Positions 12,719 to 25,043 of a stretch of DNA of 64,000 bases are shown here, piece after piece. The position numbers were made by a program, and so were the translations under genes. Source of the DNA: Eledone cirrhosa. Its lineage: Eukaryota. The stretch lies in contig OZ024761.1 of assembly GCA_964016885.1 (NCBI GenBank), forward strand, positions 18,600,001-18,664,000, read 5' to 3'. The notes below the pieces were generated by a model, which did not search any database, was not told the DNA's origin, and worked only from the letters and a program-made list of their open reading frames with translations. Each line of letters opens with the position of its first letter. The stretch's first letter is position 1.

Positions 12719-14753
12719 GTTTCTACTTTTGGCACAAGGCCAGCAATTATGCCAGTGTATTACTGGTACTTTATTTTATCGACCCCATAAGGATGAAAGG
12801 CAAAGTTAACCTCGGCAGGATTTGAACTGTCCGTAAAGGGACGTAACTCTATGCTGCAAAGCATGTTGTACGACGCTCTACTGATACTGCCCATGGACTC
12901 TCCCGTCATATATTGACGTATGAGGGTTCAACTGTCTTTTCAGTTCAATTTTTGTAAGCTTATGCCTTAACCCTTTAACATTTAAACCGGCCATGTCTGA
13001 CCATAATTCTCTCATCTCTTTCTGTTCAAACCAGCTATAACTGGCTGCTCATACCTACGTTAAGGTATTGTTCTCAAAATATTATGTGAGATATTTATGT
13101 GAGATATAAAGCCTTTACTGTGAAAATACAATAGTAAATATAGAGTAAAGGGTTAAATGGCACATTAGTCTAACTGCTGATTTACATATCAAGCCACATT
13201 TAGTGCATGCTATACATTAAAACATATGTAGAATTAAAATTATGTTTTAAGTATAACTTGGTTATTCTCTCTCCATTTATAAATTTTGTGCTCTGCAGTC
13301 TAACAGTCTACAACAGAATCTACAATGGGTGAGAACATCCTGTTGATTTTAAATTACTGTTGTATCAAGGAAACTGGATAACATAGAGCTTCTCTCATCT
13401 TTACCAGGATCTATATTGGAAAAACCCCTATATTACCATACACACATAGTCATACAATAAAAATGGGATAGTTCATGGGAAATTTAGTGGACACAATTTT
13501 ATCTGTGTATATGTATACAGACGCACATAACTTTTATTTCTCATTCTATCTTCTGATGAAGGACTGGTGTCCAAAACAAAGATTATTTTCCTACTATATC
13601 AAGCATTAAACTAATATATTTATTCAATGTACTGTGTTGTTTGCTTTGTTATTTCTGTTTACGTTTTGCATATATATATATATATGTGTGTGTGTGTGCG
13701 TGTTGGGTTCAATCGGGGATAAATAATAATGAAATTATTGTGTTCAGTGCTCAGGTGCACTACAACTCATCAAAGGTGCATGTATAGTACATAGAATAAT
13801 ATACAAATGTTAGGGAAGTGAACAGTGTATGAGTCATGATATACATGTGTGCATGTGTATGGAGGGGGAATATCAGGTGTAATGTTGGCAAATCTCAGGA
13901 AGCATGGAGGTTTTAAAGGATGCAGTGTCTCGACAGCTAACAACTGATGCAGGTAGTTTGTTCCATGGAGGTTTTAAAGGATGCAGAGTCTTGGCAGCTA
14001 ACAACTGATGCAGGTAGTTTGTTCCATGCTTCAGCAACTCTGAGCATGAAAAAATGTTTCCAAAAGTCATGGGAACTGTGCTGTTTTCTGACTTTGTAGG
14101 CATGTCCACGGGTGTTAGACACATGGAATTCAAAAAGGTACTCAGGGTTGTTGTTGGCAAGATGGTTAATCATTTTGTGGGTGTTTACCAAGACAGTTGC
14201 CAGATGTCGGATAACCAAAGTAAGTAAAGTACTCAAAACATTAGTAGAGTATATACAAAATTTAATATAGAAATGGCTTCTACAGAATTAGAACTGTTTA
14301 TTCGAAGAAAATCATCAGGAAAGCCTGGTAATTATTTTAAGAAATAAATAACGATAGGCAGAGAATTTAAATTACTTAGATTTTGAGGAAAATACAGTAG
14401 AAATACTTTTTAAAAAACTCAAATCCCCACAAGTCTGAGTTGGAAAGTCGAGTAAAGCAAACTATTTTCGAAAGAGATTTTAATTAAATCCTGTTATGTC
14501 TATCTCTTATCATTATACTCGGTCCCTACGTTCTGAGTTCAAATCCTGCCGAGGTCAAATTATTTCCTTTCTTTTTTTTTTTTTTTTTTGCAAAGAAGGG
14601 GGGATGGGGTCGATAAAATTAAGTACCAGTAAAGTACTGGAGTCGATTTAATCGAATTTCTCCAACTACACACACACAAATTGCTGGCCTTGTACCGAAA
14701 TTATAAATTATTATTTACTGACTATATATATACACACACATATACTTTTATAC

Positions 14754-14791
<38 letters not shown>

Positions 14792-14832
14792 ATACTTTGG
14801 GAGGGTCATGTTGCCAATAAGAAACACACATA

Positions 14833-14877
<45 letters not shown>

Positions 14878-16531
14878 TGTGTGTGTGTGTTCGTTTTATA
14901 ACTTTACTATTGCGATTATTCATCAGATACAAAAATAATTCAAATTGAATAAGTGTTCCGATTTATTTCTAGACAAAAATTTTTATTTATTTACTTATTG
15001 TTAAATCTTTTTTTTAAATCGTATAAAAGATATTTTTTAGTTCTGTTTTTTTTCTTTTATGTATTCGTTATTTGTAATTTTTTTAAATATTAAAATGCCG
15101 AACCCGGTCAGCTAATGCAACAAAGAGATGGGTTCTGGTCCCATTAAACAATTGTTTAACAAGACAGTTGGTGTTTGCTGTGTAGTGGTCTTTTAAAATG
15201 TTAAAATGCCACATACAGACAGCTATTTTAACAAAGAACTGGGGGATCTTGGCCCACTAAATAACTGTTTATTAATGTTAAATAAAGAGACAGTTGATTC
15301 TTTTTTTCTTTTTTTGTATTAATGCTATGTGATGTTTTAAAGACAAACGTTTTGATTGTGTAACATTTTTACTTTAAAACAAAATAATATATATATACAC
15401 TATTAATTAAATCCTCATATTTTAGTCCTCTTTCAAGAAAGATATATATACATTTATATATAATATATAATATATATTGTACATATTGTGTACGTAACCA
15501 GGAGGGAAAAAAAACATTCTTTCTTTCACTAACTTTATTTTCAAGGATGCTTCAAATATTATTCCCTTTTTGTTGATATTATTGTTTCGTCGTTGTTTTC
15601 TGACGACAAGTGTTTATTCGTGTATTTTATTTATTCATTTGTCGGTATAAAAATCGTCAAATTTATATTTCTAGATCTAGATATTTATGTATATACATAG
15701 ATACGTATGTAGAATGTCAAACAAAAAGCAACACTTTCGAACAAGTCGGACCGATAATGGGGGTTCGTTTCTACACAGATCTGATATAGCCAACTGACCC
15801 CCCACTTACCGTCCGCTAGACTCGAAGTAGAAACATCTTAGCTGAAACAGGGGGAAGTAATCGCGGTTAAACCATTTTTTCAAAACTGCTACAGTCAGCC
15901 GAGAAATTTATAAAATTTCTCTTCAATCGAGTTTTATGTAAATAAAATAGACTTAATTGTTGATTAATTGACAAACATAAGATTTAAAGAGAACAAAGCA
16001 ATCGAGTTAGTGGTTTGCAAAGGTTTGTTCTGTGTGAGAAAGACAAAAAAATATAGATGACAGAGGGGAAAGGCAGGCGATAAATATAAACTTGAGGAAA
16101 TTATGAAAGAAATTGTCGAAGACAGCAACTATTTACTATAAAAGATGGGATTGTTTCGACAAAGAAGAGGAAAATGACCAGAGAAAATAAGGTTTAGACA
16201 CAATGATTTAGAAGCGCGAAGAGAGAATATTTTAGCGGGTATTTAATGACGGAGAGACTCTACTTTTCACCGCCTTTAGATGTATGTAGAGATTTGCCAA
16301 GTACTGACACTTCATAGCAATTTAGTGCTAACGAACATCCTTAAATATTTAGCAGACAAACACTTGACTGACAGAAGACAGAATTCATTGCGACAGCTAG
16401 CAAACATTATTAGAATAAATAAACAGATAGACGAGAGAGAGAGGGAAAAAATGAAAGACGGTGGTTAACGAAGAAAGCTTCACCTCCATCAAACCTCCTG
16501 ACGTGTCGAGGTCGTATTCCACCGTTGTCAT
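2274..16531 (-). CDS. PHF12: PHD finger protein 12 (Sin3/HDAC complex subunit Pf1), 3'-incomplete in this window. Coding exons in transcript order: 16484-16531, 11273-11454, 10090-10165, 8285-8480, 6857-6971, 5911-6043, 4846-5016, 4020-4244, 2274-3525
   Basis: Exon 1 reads [16 protein letters not shown], matching the PHF12 N-terminus ([13 protein letters not shown]). PHD1: [33 protein letters not shown]...[16 protein letters not shown] motif. PHD2: [32 protein letters not shown]...GRWMCPNH. Also [17 protein letters not shown] and [14 protein letters not shown]. All junctions are GT-AG and phase-consistent. The last exon ends in a phase-1 donor, so the remaining exons lie left of it, probably outside the window. 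Confidence 0.93.
5080..5755 (+). repeat. Tandem array (about 5 x 112 bp) of the RTE/SINE 3' tail segment
   Basis: Repeated GTCCACGCTGTAA..GTAGGCAACACGGTAAAAACCTCCCAG..GGTGTTAGGAAGGGCATCCAGCTGTAGAAAACC, ending in GGACGTTAAAC(GAT)n; matches 59325-59540 on the opposite strand. Confidence 0.85.
7915..8245. repeat. About 41-bp minisatellite (GGGATACACATGGAGGAGGGTGTCCCAAAACTAATAAAATA, about 8 copies)
   Basis: Direct inspection. Confidence 0.9.
8814..8885 (+). tRNA. tRNA-Asp (anticodon GTC), inside PHF12 intron 3 on the opposite strand
   Basis: TCCTCGGTAGTATAGTGGTAAGTATCCCCGCCTGTCACGCGGGAGACCGGGGTTCGATTCCCCGCCGGGGAG: 72-nt cloverleaf, 7-bp acceptor stem, CTGTCAC anticodon loop, GGTTCGATTCC B-box, TTTT at 8896-8899. 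Confidence 0.96.
8901..9245 (+). mobile_element. tRNA-derived SINE family A; near-identical copies at about 26603-26950, 47885-48225, 49339-49680, 58445-58790
   Basis: Head GAGGCACATGGCTTAGTGGTTAG...GGTTG(T/C)GAGTTCAATTCTC with A- and B-boxes, conserved body, and 3' CCCTTGCAAGCAGGGAAAAAGCGGACGTAAAATG(ATG)n. Confidence 0.9.
10279..10591. repeat. 18-bp minisatellite (GATCAACTGCAAAGCTAT, about 17 copies) inside a hAT MITE
   Basis: Direct inspection; the variant unit ...AAATGGAT is clustered at the 3' end. Confidence 0.95.
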
Positions 16532-16995
16532 AGTTTTATTTTCTTTCCGAGGAAAGACCAGACCTGAAACGGTTCCTTGGCTGTATACTTCTTCTCTTGT
16601 CTGTGTTGATAATAATAATTCTTCCTTTCTCGGTTGTCCGAACGTCAGATTCAGTTGCTCAGAAGTGTTGGGTCTGTCGAGTGGAGCATGCTGACGATGT
16701 TACACTCAATACAAGCAACTCATCTCGGCGGTGTTTCTATGAGACTGACTAAGCGAGAGTAAGAGAGAGAGAAAGAGAGAGAAAGAACTATAATGATATT
16801 AGTGTGTAAGATATGTAGAAGAAACCCTTAAATAAATTACCGCTTTAAATAGCGGCTGGTTAAATTACTATTATTATTATTTTTATTTTTAAATTAACAA
16901 CCCCCTTCTGTCTTCTTTAAATCGAACATCTCCAGCTTCTGATACACTTCCTTAAATATATATTTATACACAGATAAATATACGAGTGCATGCAT

Positions 16996-17051
<56 letters not shown>

Positions 17052-17164
17052 TCACACATCCATGCATACACACACACATATATATATATATATGTGTGTG
17101 TGTGTATATATATATATTTATATATTTAAATATATAATATATGTGTGTATGTATATGTATGTAT

Positions 17165-17245
17165 ACAGGGTGTCCCCCAAAAATGTATACATATATTTAT
17201 TAGAATGCTGTTGAAGAGTGTATATATTTTTGGGGGACACCCTGT
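17165..17245. mobile_element. About 80-bp Tc1-like miniature inverted repeat; related copy at about 28962-29046
   Basis: TA|CAGGGTGTCCCCCAAAAA ... TTTTTGGGGGACACCCTG|TA. Confidence 0.65.
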
Positions 17246-17251
17246 ATATGC

Positions 17252-17310
<59 letters not shown>

Positions 17311-17316
17311 CACACA

Positions 17317-17360
<44 letters not shown>

Positions 17361-18692
17361 GGCCTTTTTTTATATATTTCTATGTATTATAGTTCACTAA
17401 TGGTTCAAAGTTTTTCTTTGACTTTCTGATTACCAGCTCATTGTATAATCATTTATATTACTTCTGAAGATATACAATATTTTATATTGTTATACTCAAT
17501 ATATCTTTCCCCCTCTTTTAATAAATTGTAATAATGTAAGCATTAGTTGAATAACCTGTATTGAAACAATTGCTGAGCTATTAACCCTTTCGTTAACAAC
17601 CCAGCCAAAACTAACACTGGTTCTATGAAATTTTAAAGGTTCCAAATTTAAATAAAAATCTTTCAACATAATTTTATATAAGAACATTACATTAAGTTAC
17701 TATCTTAGTTATGAAATAATTAATAATTTTAGTAAATCCCTCGAAATTCTTCATTAATTAATTGAAACAGAGTATATTTCATTAGAAATGCAGTCATAAA
17801 AAAAGTCCTCCGATTTAAATTTAAATTTTCTAACATAATTTTATATAAGAACATTACATTAAGTTACTATCTTAGTAATGAAATAATTAATAATTTTAGT
17901 AAATCCCTCGAAATTCTTCATTAATTAATTGAAACAGAGTGTATTTCATTAGAAATATGGTCATGTAAGGCTTAAGAACTTCATTCTGTTATCTCAATTT
18001 GTTGTATATGCTGTAACACAAACCACACAGAGGCATAGAAAGGTCTGTTCAACATTCTCTGAGATTCCCATCAGATCCTTTGATAATGGATGGTTCATCT
18101 AAAATATATTCTAAAAATAAGGCTAAAGTCTATCGTGAGTCCAGTGGCTCATCAGATCAGTGCTTATTTGGGTTTCCATGGTATTAAGCGACTGAGAGTA
18201 CTAGACTCCTTCTCCCTGGACAAGATGCCAGTCCATCGCAGATTTAAACTTGCCAGCTACTGCTCGTTCTCATTTTCAATTGAGAATACTGGAGCAATGT
18301 AAAATGGAATGTTTTGCTCAAGAACACAATACACAACCCAGTCCAGGAATCAAACCCTCGATATTATGGTCATAAGTCCAGCACCCTTACCACTAGCCAT
18401 GCACCATCACACAACCCAGTCCAAGAACTGAACCCACAATATTATGATAGTTAGTCCAACACTTAAAGCACTGGAGCAATGTGAAAAAAAAGTGTTTTGC
18501 TCAAGAACACAACACACAACCCTGTCCAGGAATTGAACCCACAATACTATGATCATAAGTCCAACACTCTTACCACTAGGTATGATATCAGGACAAATAA
18601 ATATTTCAAGAATAACATTATCTCTGATTCTTGTTTTTTCTTCCTCTTCTTCACTCAACCTCACCTTTGTTTCTTCACCTAGTTTAGTAGAG

Positions 18693-18906
18693 TTAACCCT
18701 TTAGCATTTACATTGCTCTCTATTTACTGTTGTATTTTTGTAGCAAAGGCTTTATCTTACATAATTATCTCACATAATATTGAATCTACAAGATTTTTAG
18801 AACAATACTTTAATGTCAGTATGAGAGGCCAGTTACGGCTGGTTTGAACGGAAAGAAGTGAGAGAATTCTGGCTGGATAAGGCAGGTTTAAATGCTAAAG
18901 GGTTAA
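18693..18906. mobile_element. piggyBac-type MITE (about 210 bp); more than 12 copies, e.g. about 7108-7325, 9628-9845, 12067-12572, 27237-27450, 27571-27765, 40784-41000, 41935-42335
   Basis: TTAA|CCCTTTAGCATTTA ... TAAATGCTAAAGGG|TTAA terminal inverted repeats with TTAA target duplication. Confidence 0.85.
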
Positions 18907-19019
18907 TATTTAGAACCACATCTGCATTGTAGCAGCTTCCATGTCATAACCAATTTTCATATTCCACAATGCTTCAAACAAACTACAACGCTCAAATGGA
19001 CCTGTTATTTTTCTGCCCT

Positions 19020-19190
19020 GCTTGTCTCCTCAATCTTTCTATTTCTCCTTTAATTTCTCATTCTATTTTCTGATGAAGGATTAGCATCCGAAACGTTAAA
19101 ACTCTTTTCCTACTATATTAAGCATTAAAGTAATAATATATTTCTACATTGCACTGTGTCGTTATTTCTGTTTGCCTTTTGCATACATAT
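19020..19190 (+). mobile_element. Penelope-type repeat with a minimal hammerhead core; other copies at about 13530-13670 (+), 22140-22330 (-), 22980-23065 (+, partial)
   Basis: CTGATGAAGGATTAGCATCCGAAACGTTA followed by the shared tail TTTCCTACTATAT..AAGCATTAAA..TAATATAT. Confidence 0.6.
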
Positions 19191-21525
19191 ATATGTATAC
19201 CTATATATTGTCTAACCCATGCTAGCATGGAAAAATGGACGTTAAACGACAATGATGATGAGGATAATGGTTGGATAATGGTAAGCTGGTCATAGAAATG
19301 TGTATTATGTAATTGTTAAACATCAAAGGTATATATTGGAATCCGGCCTTCTTTTTTCATTGAAATATTTAACTCCGTTCCTGTACCAGCCACAAGAAAC
19401 CACATCTGTGATGGATGATACACATAATGTTGAGTGCTTTTGCTTTTGGCATCACTATCTGCTAATCTAAATGAGTAGATCTACCCATTAGTTAAACCAT
19501 CCAACTACAACATCATCATCATCATCGTTTAATGTCCATCTTCCACGGTAGCATGGGTTAGACAGTATATGTATATATCATCATCATCCTCGTTTTACGT
19601 CCATTCTTCAATGCTAGCATGGGTTAGACGGGTTGTCCTGTTTTGGGCAATGTTAGGTCGGGTGACCTTGTCTTGCTCATATGGGAACTGATTTTGGCTT
19701 GATTTCTACAGCTGGATGCTCTTCCTAACACCAACCTCATTTACAATGAATGCTGGGTGCTTTTTTTCCATGGCGCCTACACAACCACTTTACAGTGTGG
19801 TCTGGGTGCTTTTTTGCCGTGACACCTCCAAGACCACTTTGCAATGGGAGGTGGTGGGGGCATATTGTCTATATGCTTCGGCTTGTTCTCGTGGGAAGTC
19901 TGTATTACTGCGTGACGCCAGAGGTCACGGTCATGTGTCATCATATATATATATAATGAGAGTTACCAGTTTAAACAAGAAAGACCATTATTCAGCTAAG
20001 TACTCAATACTCAAGAAAGTAGAGTGTAGGTATCATAAAGAGTTATACCTAATGGCTGAGCTCTTGGCATTTCAATAACGTTATCCACTCGCCATCAAAA
20101 CGACTAGAGCTCAGCCATTAGGCAGTAACTCTTTATAATATATACATATATATACACACACACATATATATCATCATCATCGTTGTTTAGCATCCACTTT
20201 CCATGCTAGCAAGGGTTAGACAGGTTATCCCATATGAGGCAAGTTTGGTCAGGTGACCATATCCTGCTCATACAGAAGTTTCTGGCTAGATTTCTACAGC
20301 TGGATGCCCTTCCTAATGCCAACTACACATATATATATATGGAGATAGAGAGATGTGTGTAAGCTTACTGCTGTGTGTATCAAGTTTAGAATAGTTACAT
20401 TGTATCCCACGTGGTGTAAGTGTGATGGAAAGGATTAGTGCTAGGAAGGCCATCCAATTGTAAACCCTTGCTGACAAAAACAACCTCCATGATTACTATG
20501 AAGTCTCTTATTAGTCCCACAAGGATAACGCCTGCTTTAGCTGGGAGAAATGGTCTTAAAACACTTGTCTCTAAATGAGTTTTATCATAACATCAGCACT
20601 ACACATATATAGACTTTGTTGTACATATTGGAGAAACAAAACAACACAGGAGTATAACAATATATATTTTATTACTATATTTAATAAATAATATTATTTC
20701 ATTGTACAAAATATCACCTTGGTTTTTGGTATTTCTTTTCTTTTATGAAATATACCTTTCTTTTTTTTTTTTAACCCTTTAGCATTTAAACCGGCCATAA
20801 CCGGCTATAATTCTCACCACTTTCTGTTAACTGGTTGTAACTGGCTGCTCACACCAATATTAAGATATTGTTCTCAAAATGTCGTGGATTCGATATTAAG
20901 TGAGATAATTATGTGAAATAGAGCCTTTTCTGTGAAAATATAATAGTAAATATAGAGTAAGGTGATTGATAAATTTCAGAAAGCCGGTACAATGCAATAG
21001 AAATATATAAAGGGCAAAGGATGAGAAATAAAAAAACAAATTGTTTTACCCAGTGTATTTCAACATGATATTTCACGTGTAATACTCTCTATTCAAATGT
21101 GAAATGGTTCAAAACAAAAACTGGTTTACATGTCTAAAATACACATGTGTGAAGTCGCTATAGTAGCCAATCTGATTCATGCATTTCCAATCAAGAGGTG
21201 TACAGGTCAACAAATGACTTCATCTGAGAGGATGTGTTGAAAAATCACACAAAAACTAGTTAAATTAATTTCTTCTTATGACACAGTTCGACTATAGGCA
21301 ATGTCTTACTCCACTGGACAGTGTTTGACTTACATCAAATGCTGTGAACCCAGATGGACGAGCAGTACCGTTAGTAGGGGTCAAAACTATCCAAGTCCAT
21401 CTCAATGGTTGATGACCATGGAATTCTGTGTCCTTTGTTGGTATATTTATTTTTTAAAGTTTCCCCTTAAAAAAGTGTTTTTTGTTTCTGTTCATTATCT
21501 TGTCCGTTCTTTGTTAATTGCCTTA

Positions 21526-21580
<55 letters not shown>

Positions 21581-22355
21581 ACAATATGGTGTAAAACAGA
21601 ACAAACAGGAGACACAAAGTAAGAAAAGTAGTCACTGAAGCGGTCGCAGGATGTGTGATGAAAGAGCTTTGACAATTAAACAACCATCTGGTTTTTAAAT
21701 TAATCGACAGAGAATGTAATGATAAATTGAAGTGAAACTCAACTGAAGTGTGTGTTTTTAGTGGTAGCATGACCCTCGAAAAGTATAACAAAATGTATAT
21801 ACAGGCGGCTAATTGGTAAAGTCGTTACAACATTGGTTAGAATGCTTTGCGTCATTTATTTCAGCTCTCTGCTGTCTGAGTTCAAATCGCATCAAGATCA
21901 ACTTTGCCTTTCATCCTGTCAAGGACGATAAAAAAAAAGTAACAGTCAAATACAGCGACCGATTCTTCCTCTGTATCTCTTTTTCACCCATTTCCTCTCT
22001 ATCATTCTCTGGAAGAAATCTGCTGTATTCAGACCTGGAGATGAGATGGGCTCCGCCAGGTTAAAAAATGCCCCAGGAACGCTGTATGCCAATATGGTGC
22101 CCCTACAACGCCTTCGGGAGTTAGAGGAACATGCATGCATGCACAAAGTAAACAGAAATAACAAAGCAAATGACACAATACAATGAAGAAATATATTAGT
22201 TTAACACTTGATTTAGTAGGGGATAAAAGCATTTACGTTTCAGACATAAGTCCTTCTTCAGAAGATAGAATGAGAAATAAAACATGAAATAGAAAGACAA
22301 AGAATAAGAAAAGGAAGGATCGGAAAAAAGACACACGTGCGTATTCAGTTAGTCT

Positions 22356-22389
<34 letters not shown>

Positions 22390-22428
22390 CAGAGAGAGAA
22401 TCATGTTCGAAGGTACAGTAAAGGACTG

Positions 22429-22854
22429 TCAGGATTGCGGGTAGTTTACTGTCACACACAAAGAGCAAGTATCACAGCAAACAATATCGAGACGAAGTGT
22501 GACATCTTTCGATTCGAGAACATACTGTCCACCACATCGACAGGGGTAGGAAAACATTTCTAAGTCGATATCACCGGGAAGAAATTGGTCGATTTCTATG
22601 TCGTCCTGTACTGGCCAGTCTTGGGTCAAATTTCTTTCACGCCATCGCATATCGAAATGACTCCTTAGGTCGGAGTCGCCGAGAATTCTCCAAGCTTCGC
22701 TAATTTTTATAAACATCTCGTGGTCTCCAGGATGGCCAAGGAGTTCGGTATTTTTGTCTGGATGGTATTTTAAGGCAAGATTTTGATAGGCCTTCTTTAA
22801 CTGTTCGTATGAGGCGGAGTGATCGCATCCAAGTACGGTATATAGGTTTTCCAT
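22429..22854 (-). CDS. DNAJC24: DnaJ homolog subfamily C member 24 (DPH4, diphthamide biosynthesis co-chaperone), single coding exon, 141 aa
   Basis: N-terminal J domain (NLYTVLG...LKKAYQNLALKYHPDK...FIKISEAWRILGD) followed by a CSL zinc finger (YPCRCGG...VCCDTCSL). This architecture is diagnostic of DPH4/DNAJC24. Confidence 0.94.
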   Translation of the reverse strand: MENLYTVLGCDHSASYEQLKKAYQNLALKYHPDKNTELLGHPGDHEMFIKISEAWRILGDSDLRSHFDMRWRERNLTQDWPVQDDIEIDQFLPGDIDLEMFSYPCRCGGQYVLESKDVTLRLDIVCCDTCSLCVTVNYPQS

Positions 22855-23462
22855 AGCATAAATATTACATAAACGATCTCAAATTATTATTATGGTGTCA
22901 TATGTTTAGAAGTGAACTCAAAGGACGACACCGGTTTCTGCAAGGGAAATAAATGTGTATATAATATATATATGTATATATTTCCTATTATATCAAGCGT
23001 AAAACTAATAATATATTTATTAATTGTACTGCATCGTTTACTTTGTTATTTCTGTTTGCCTTATATATATATAATAAGGTGTTGACGGACCCAGCATATT
23101 TATCTATGTGTATGTGTGTGATCAGGTCGCAAACTGCGATGAAAAATGTTAACACCAATAATTAAATGAATATAAAGCGAATTTAATTGTTTTTGCTAAA
23201 AATGCCCCTACCACAATGTAATTGTTGGAAATAAATAAAATTCGAAGAAACTTAGGCCAAATCTACGAACACCGGTCTCGAAATTTGACGTCCATTAATC
23301 GTAAGCATGGAAGGACATTAGAGACATAATCAATTTAGTAAATTGTTTTAGTATAGAATTTTTTTCTTCTAATGAATAACTACTTTGAACATTGGTTGCG
23401 ACACACATATATATATAATAATTCAAAATATTAACAAAAGTAGACATTCGTGTGATCAAGTA

Positions 23463-23529
23463 TATTTTATTATACATATTTCAGAGGTACTGAGCTATCT
23501 TCAACAGCACGTCCTCATCAGATAAAATA
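23463..23529 (-). ncRNA. Mirror-image hammerhead motif in the left arm of the 23420-23750 palindrome
   Basis: The reverse complement reads TATTTTATCTGATGAGGACGTGCTG...CAGTACCTCTGAAATATGTATAATAAAATA. It differs from the + copy only in the stem III loop (ATGT vs ACGT). Confidence 0.7.
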
Positions 23530-23640
23530 AGATGATGCATGACATACCCTGACTTAGTAGATGGTTAAGATTCCGTCATGGTAGTCTACCATGACTGAAT
23601 CTTAACCATCTACTAAGTCAGGGTATGACATGCATCATCT

Positions 23641-23707
23641 TATTTTATCTGATGAGGACGTGCTGTTGAAGATAGCTCAGTACCTCTGAAATACGTATAA
23701 TAAAATA
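23641..23707 (+). ncRNA. Minimal type I hammerhead ribozyme motif (Penelope-like element type)
   Basis: Stem [17 protein letters not shown] (8 bp); CTGATGA 23649-55; stem II GGACGTGCTG/CAGTACCTCT; GAAA 23688-91; stem III A-T and T-A closing a palindromic ACGT loop; cleavage triplet ATA 23697-99. Confidence 0.75.
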
Positions 23708-24399
23708 TACTTGATCACACGAATGACTATTTTTGTTAATATTTTGAATTAATATTAATAACTCCGGAATGAGTGCTTCCAATCTATTATAAAACTCATT
23801 CTTTGATTTATTCATTGAACCTTGTTTAACCTTTAAATATATATATATGTCTGTGTGAGGGAAACACAGATATTCTTTATATATGTAAGTATGATATACA
23901 GATACAAATTAATCATTAGCATGTTAATAACCAGAAAACAGCAATAACTGTTCAATATATAGAAACACCGAGACAATATACAAAATAAAACAATTCTTAC
24001 TATTTCGATTGCGTTTCTTACATCCTTCCATACAAAGGTTTTGTGAACATCAACACTTCTTCTTTTAGGATAGAGAAAAGATTTCACCAGAATCGGTAGA
24101 GCAATAGACAAAAACGATTGTCATGATATTTATACAAATATCAGGGTTTAGCTAAAAAATATAATCGAGGCCCCCAGGGTCCCACACATCGGCCTCTGGG
24201 TCATCAAATCGATATTACTCACACCGGCGCGGAAGGAGAAGTGGGGGTCGGGCTGGGAATATCAACTACACTAATGACCTCTCCAGCTTAAGTTCAAACT
24301 CACATTCTTAGAGTAAAGTAATAAAATATAACGAAACAATTTAATTTAATTTAATTTTCTAGCTTTGAAATAATTCAACGTCAAAAACAGACCCAAATA

Positions 24400-24500
24400 A
24401 AAAATAAAACATTATTACCTCCCCTTTCCTTGGGAATTGTTTTACGTTGTTCGACAGCAGATGGCGGGCTGGTTGAATGTTTTAATGTTTTGACTAGAAA
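24400..24500. promoter_or_regulatory. Candidate bidirectional promoter between DNAJC24 and RPAIN containing a CTCF/YY1-like motif
   Basis: Head-to-head gene arrangement; GACAGCAGATGGCGGG at 24453-24468; possible minus-strand donor GAG|GTAATA at 24418/24419. Confidence 0.4.
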
Positions 24501-25043
24501 ACTTTGTTGTCCTCCACGTCCTCGGAAGTAGAAGAACTTTTTATACACCATATCTGTTGCATTTCAGAGTTATTTATACATATACACACACATATTTATA
24601 TATATATTTATTTATTTATATTTGTCTGTCTGCATCATATCTGTTGTTGCCGCTGTACCACGTTATATTATATGTTTGGCTTTCTAGCATTGCATATAGG
24701 TGACATGATTTTGGCACCAACTTACAACGAAATGTGAACACGGATATCGAAAGGAAATATAGTTAGATACCTCCCTACATACCTATCTACTTATCTATAC
24801 ATATATATATACATACATACATACATATTTGAAGCTTAGCGTTTTTAGCATACACGTTTGTTTTTAACACATTTGTTTGCTATATATATATATATACACA
24901 CAAACACAACATTTCTGTTGTTACTCTCTGAAGGTGCCAGTTATTTTGCTGTGTCTGCAGTATTGTATTTGTGTCTGTTAGTACTGAGAAAATAATTGTC
25001 GTTGGTCGTTTCCATCGTTTCATCTAACGGCACCACCAGCAGT

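Larger units (their letters stand above)
23420..23750. repeat. Long near-perfect palindrome (165-bp arms, 1-nt centre at 23585), probably an inverted Penelope-like pLTR
   Basis: ...GTCATGGTAG T CTACCATGAC... centre; the arms match out to AATTCAAAATATTAACAAAA / TTTTGTTAATATTTTGAATT with few mismatches. Confidence 0.9.
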
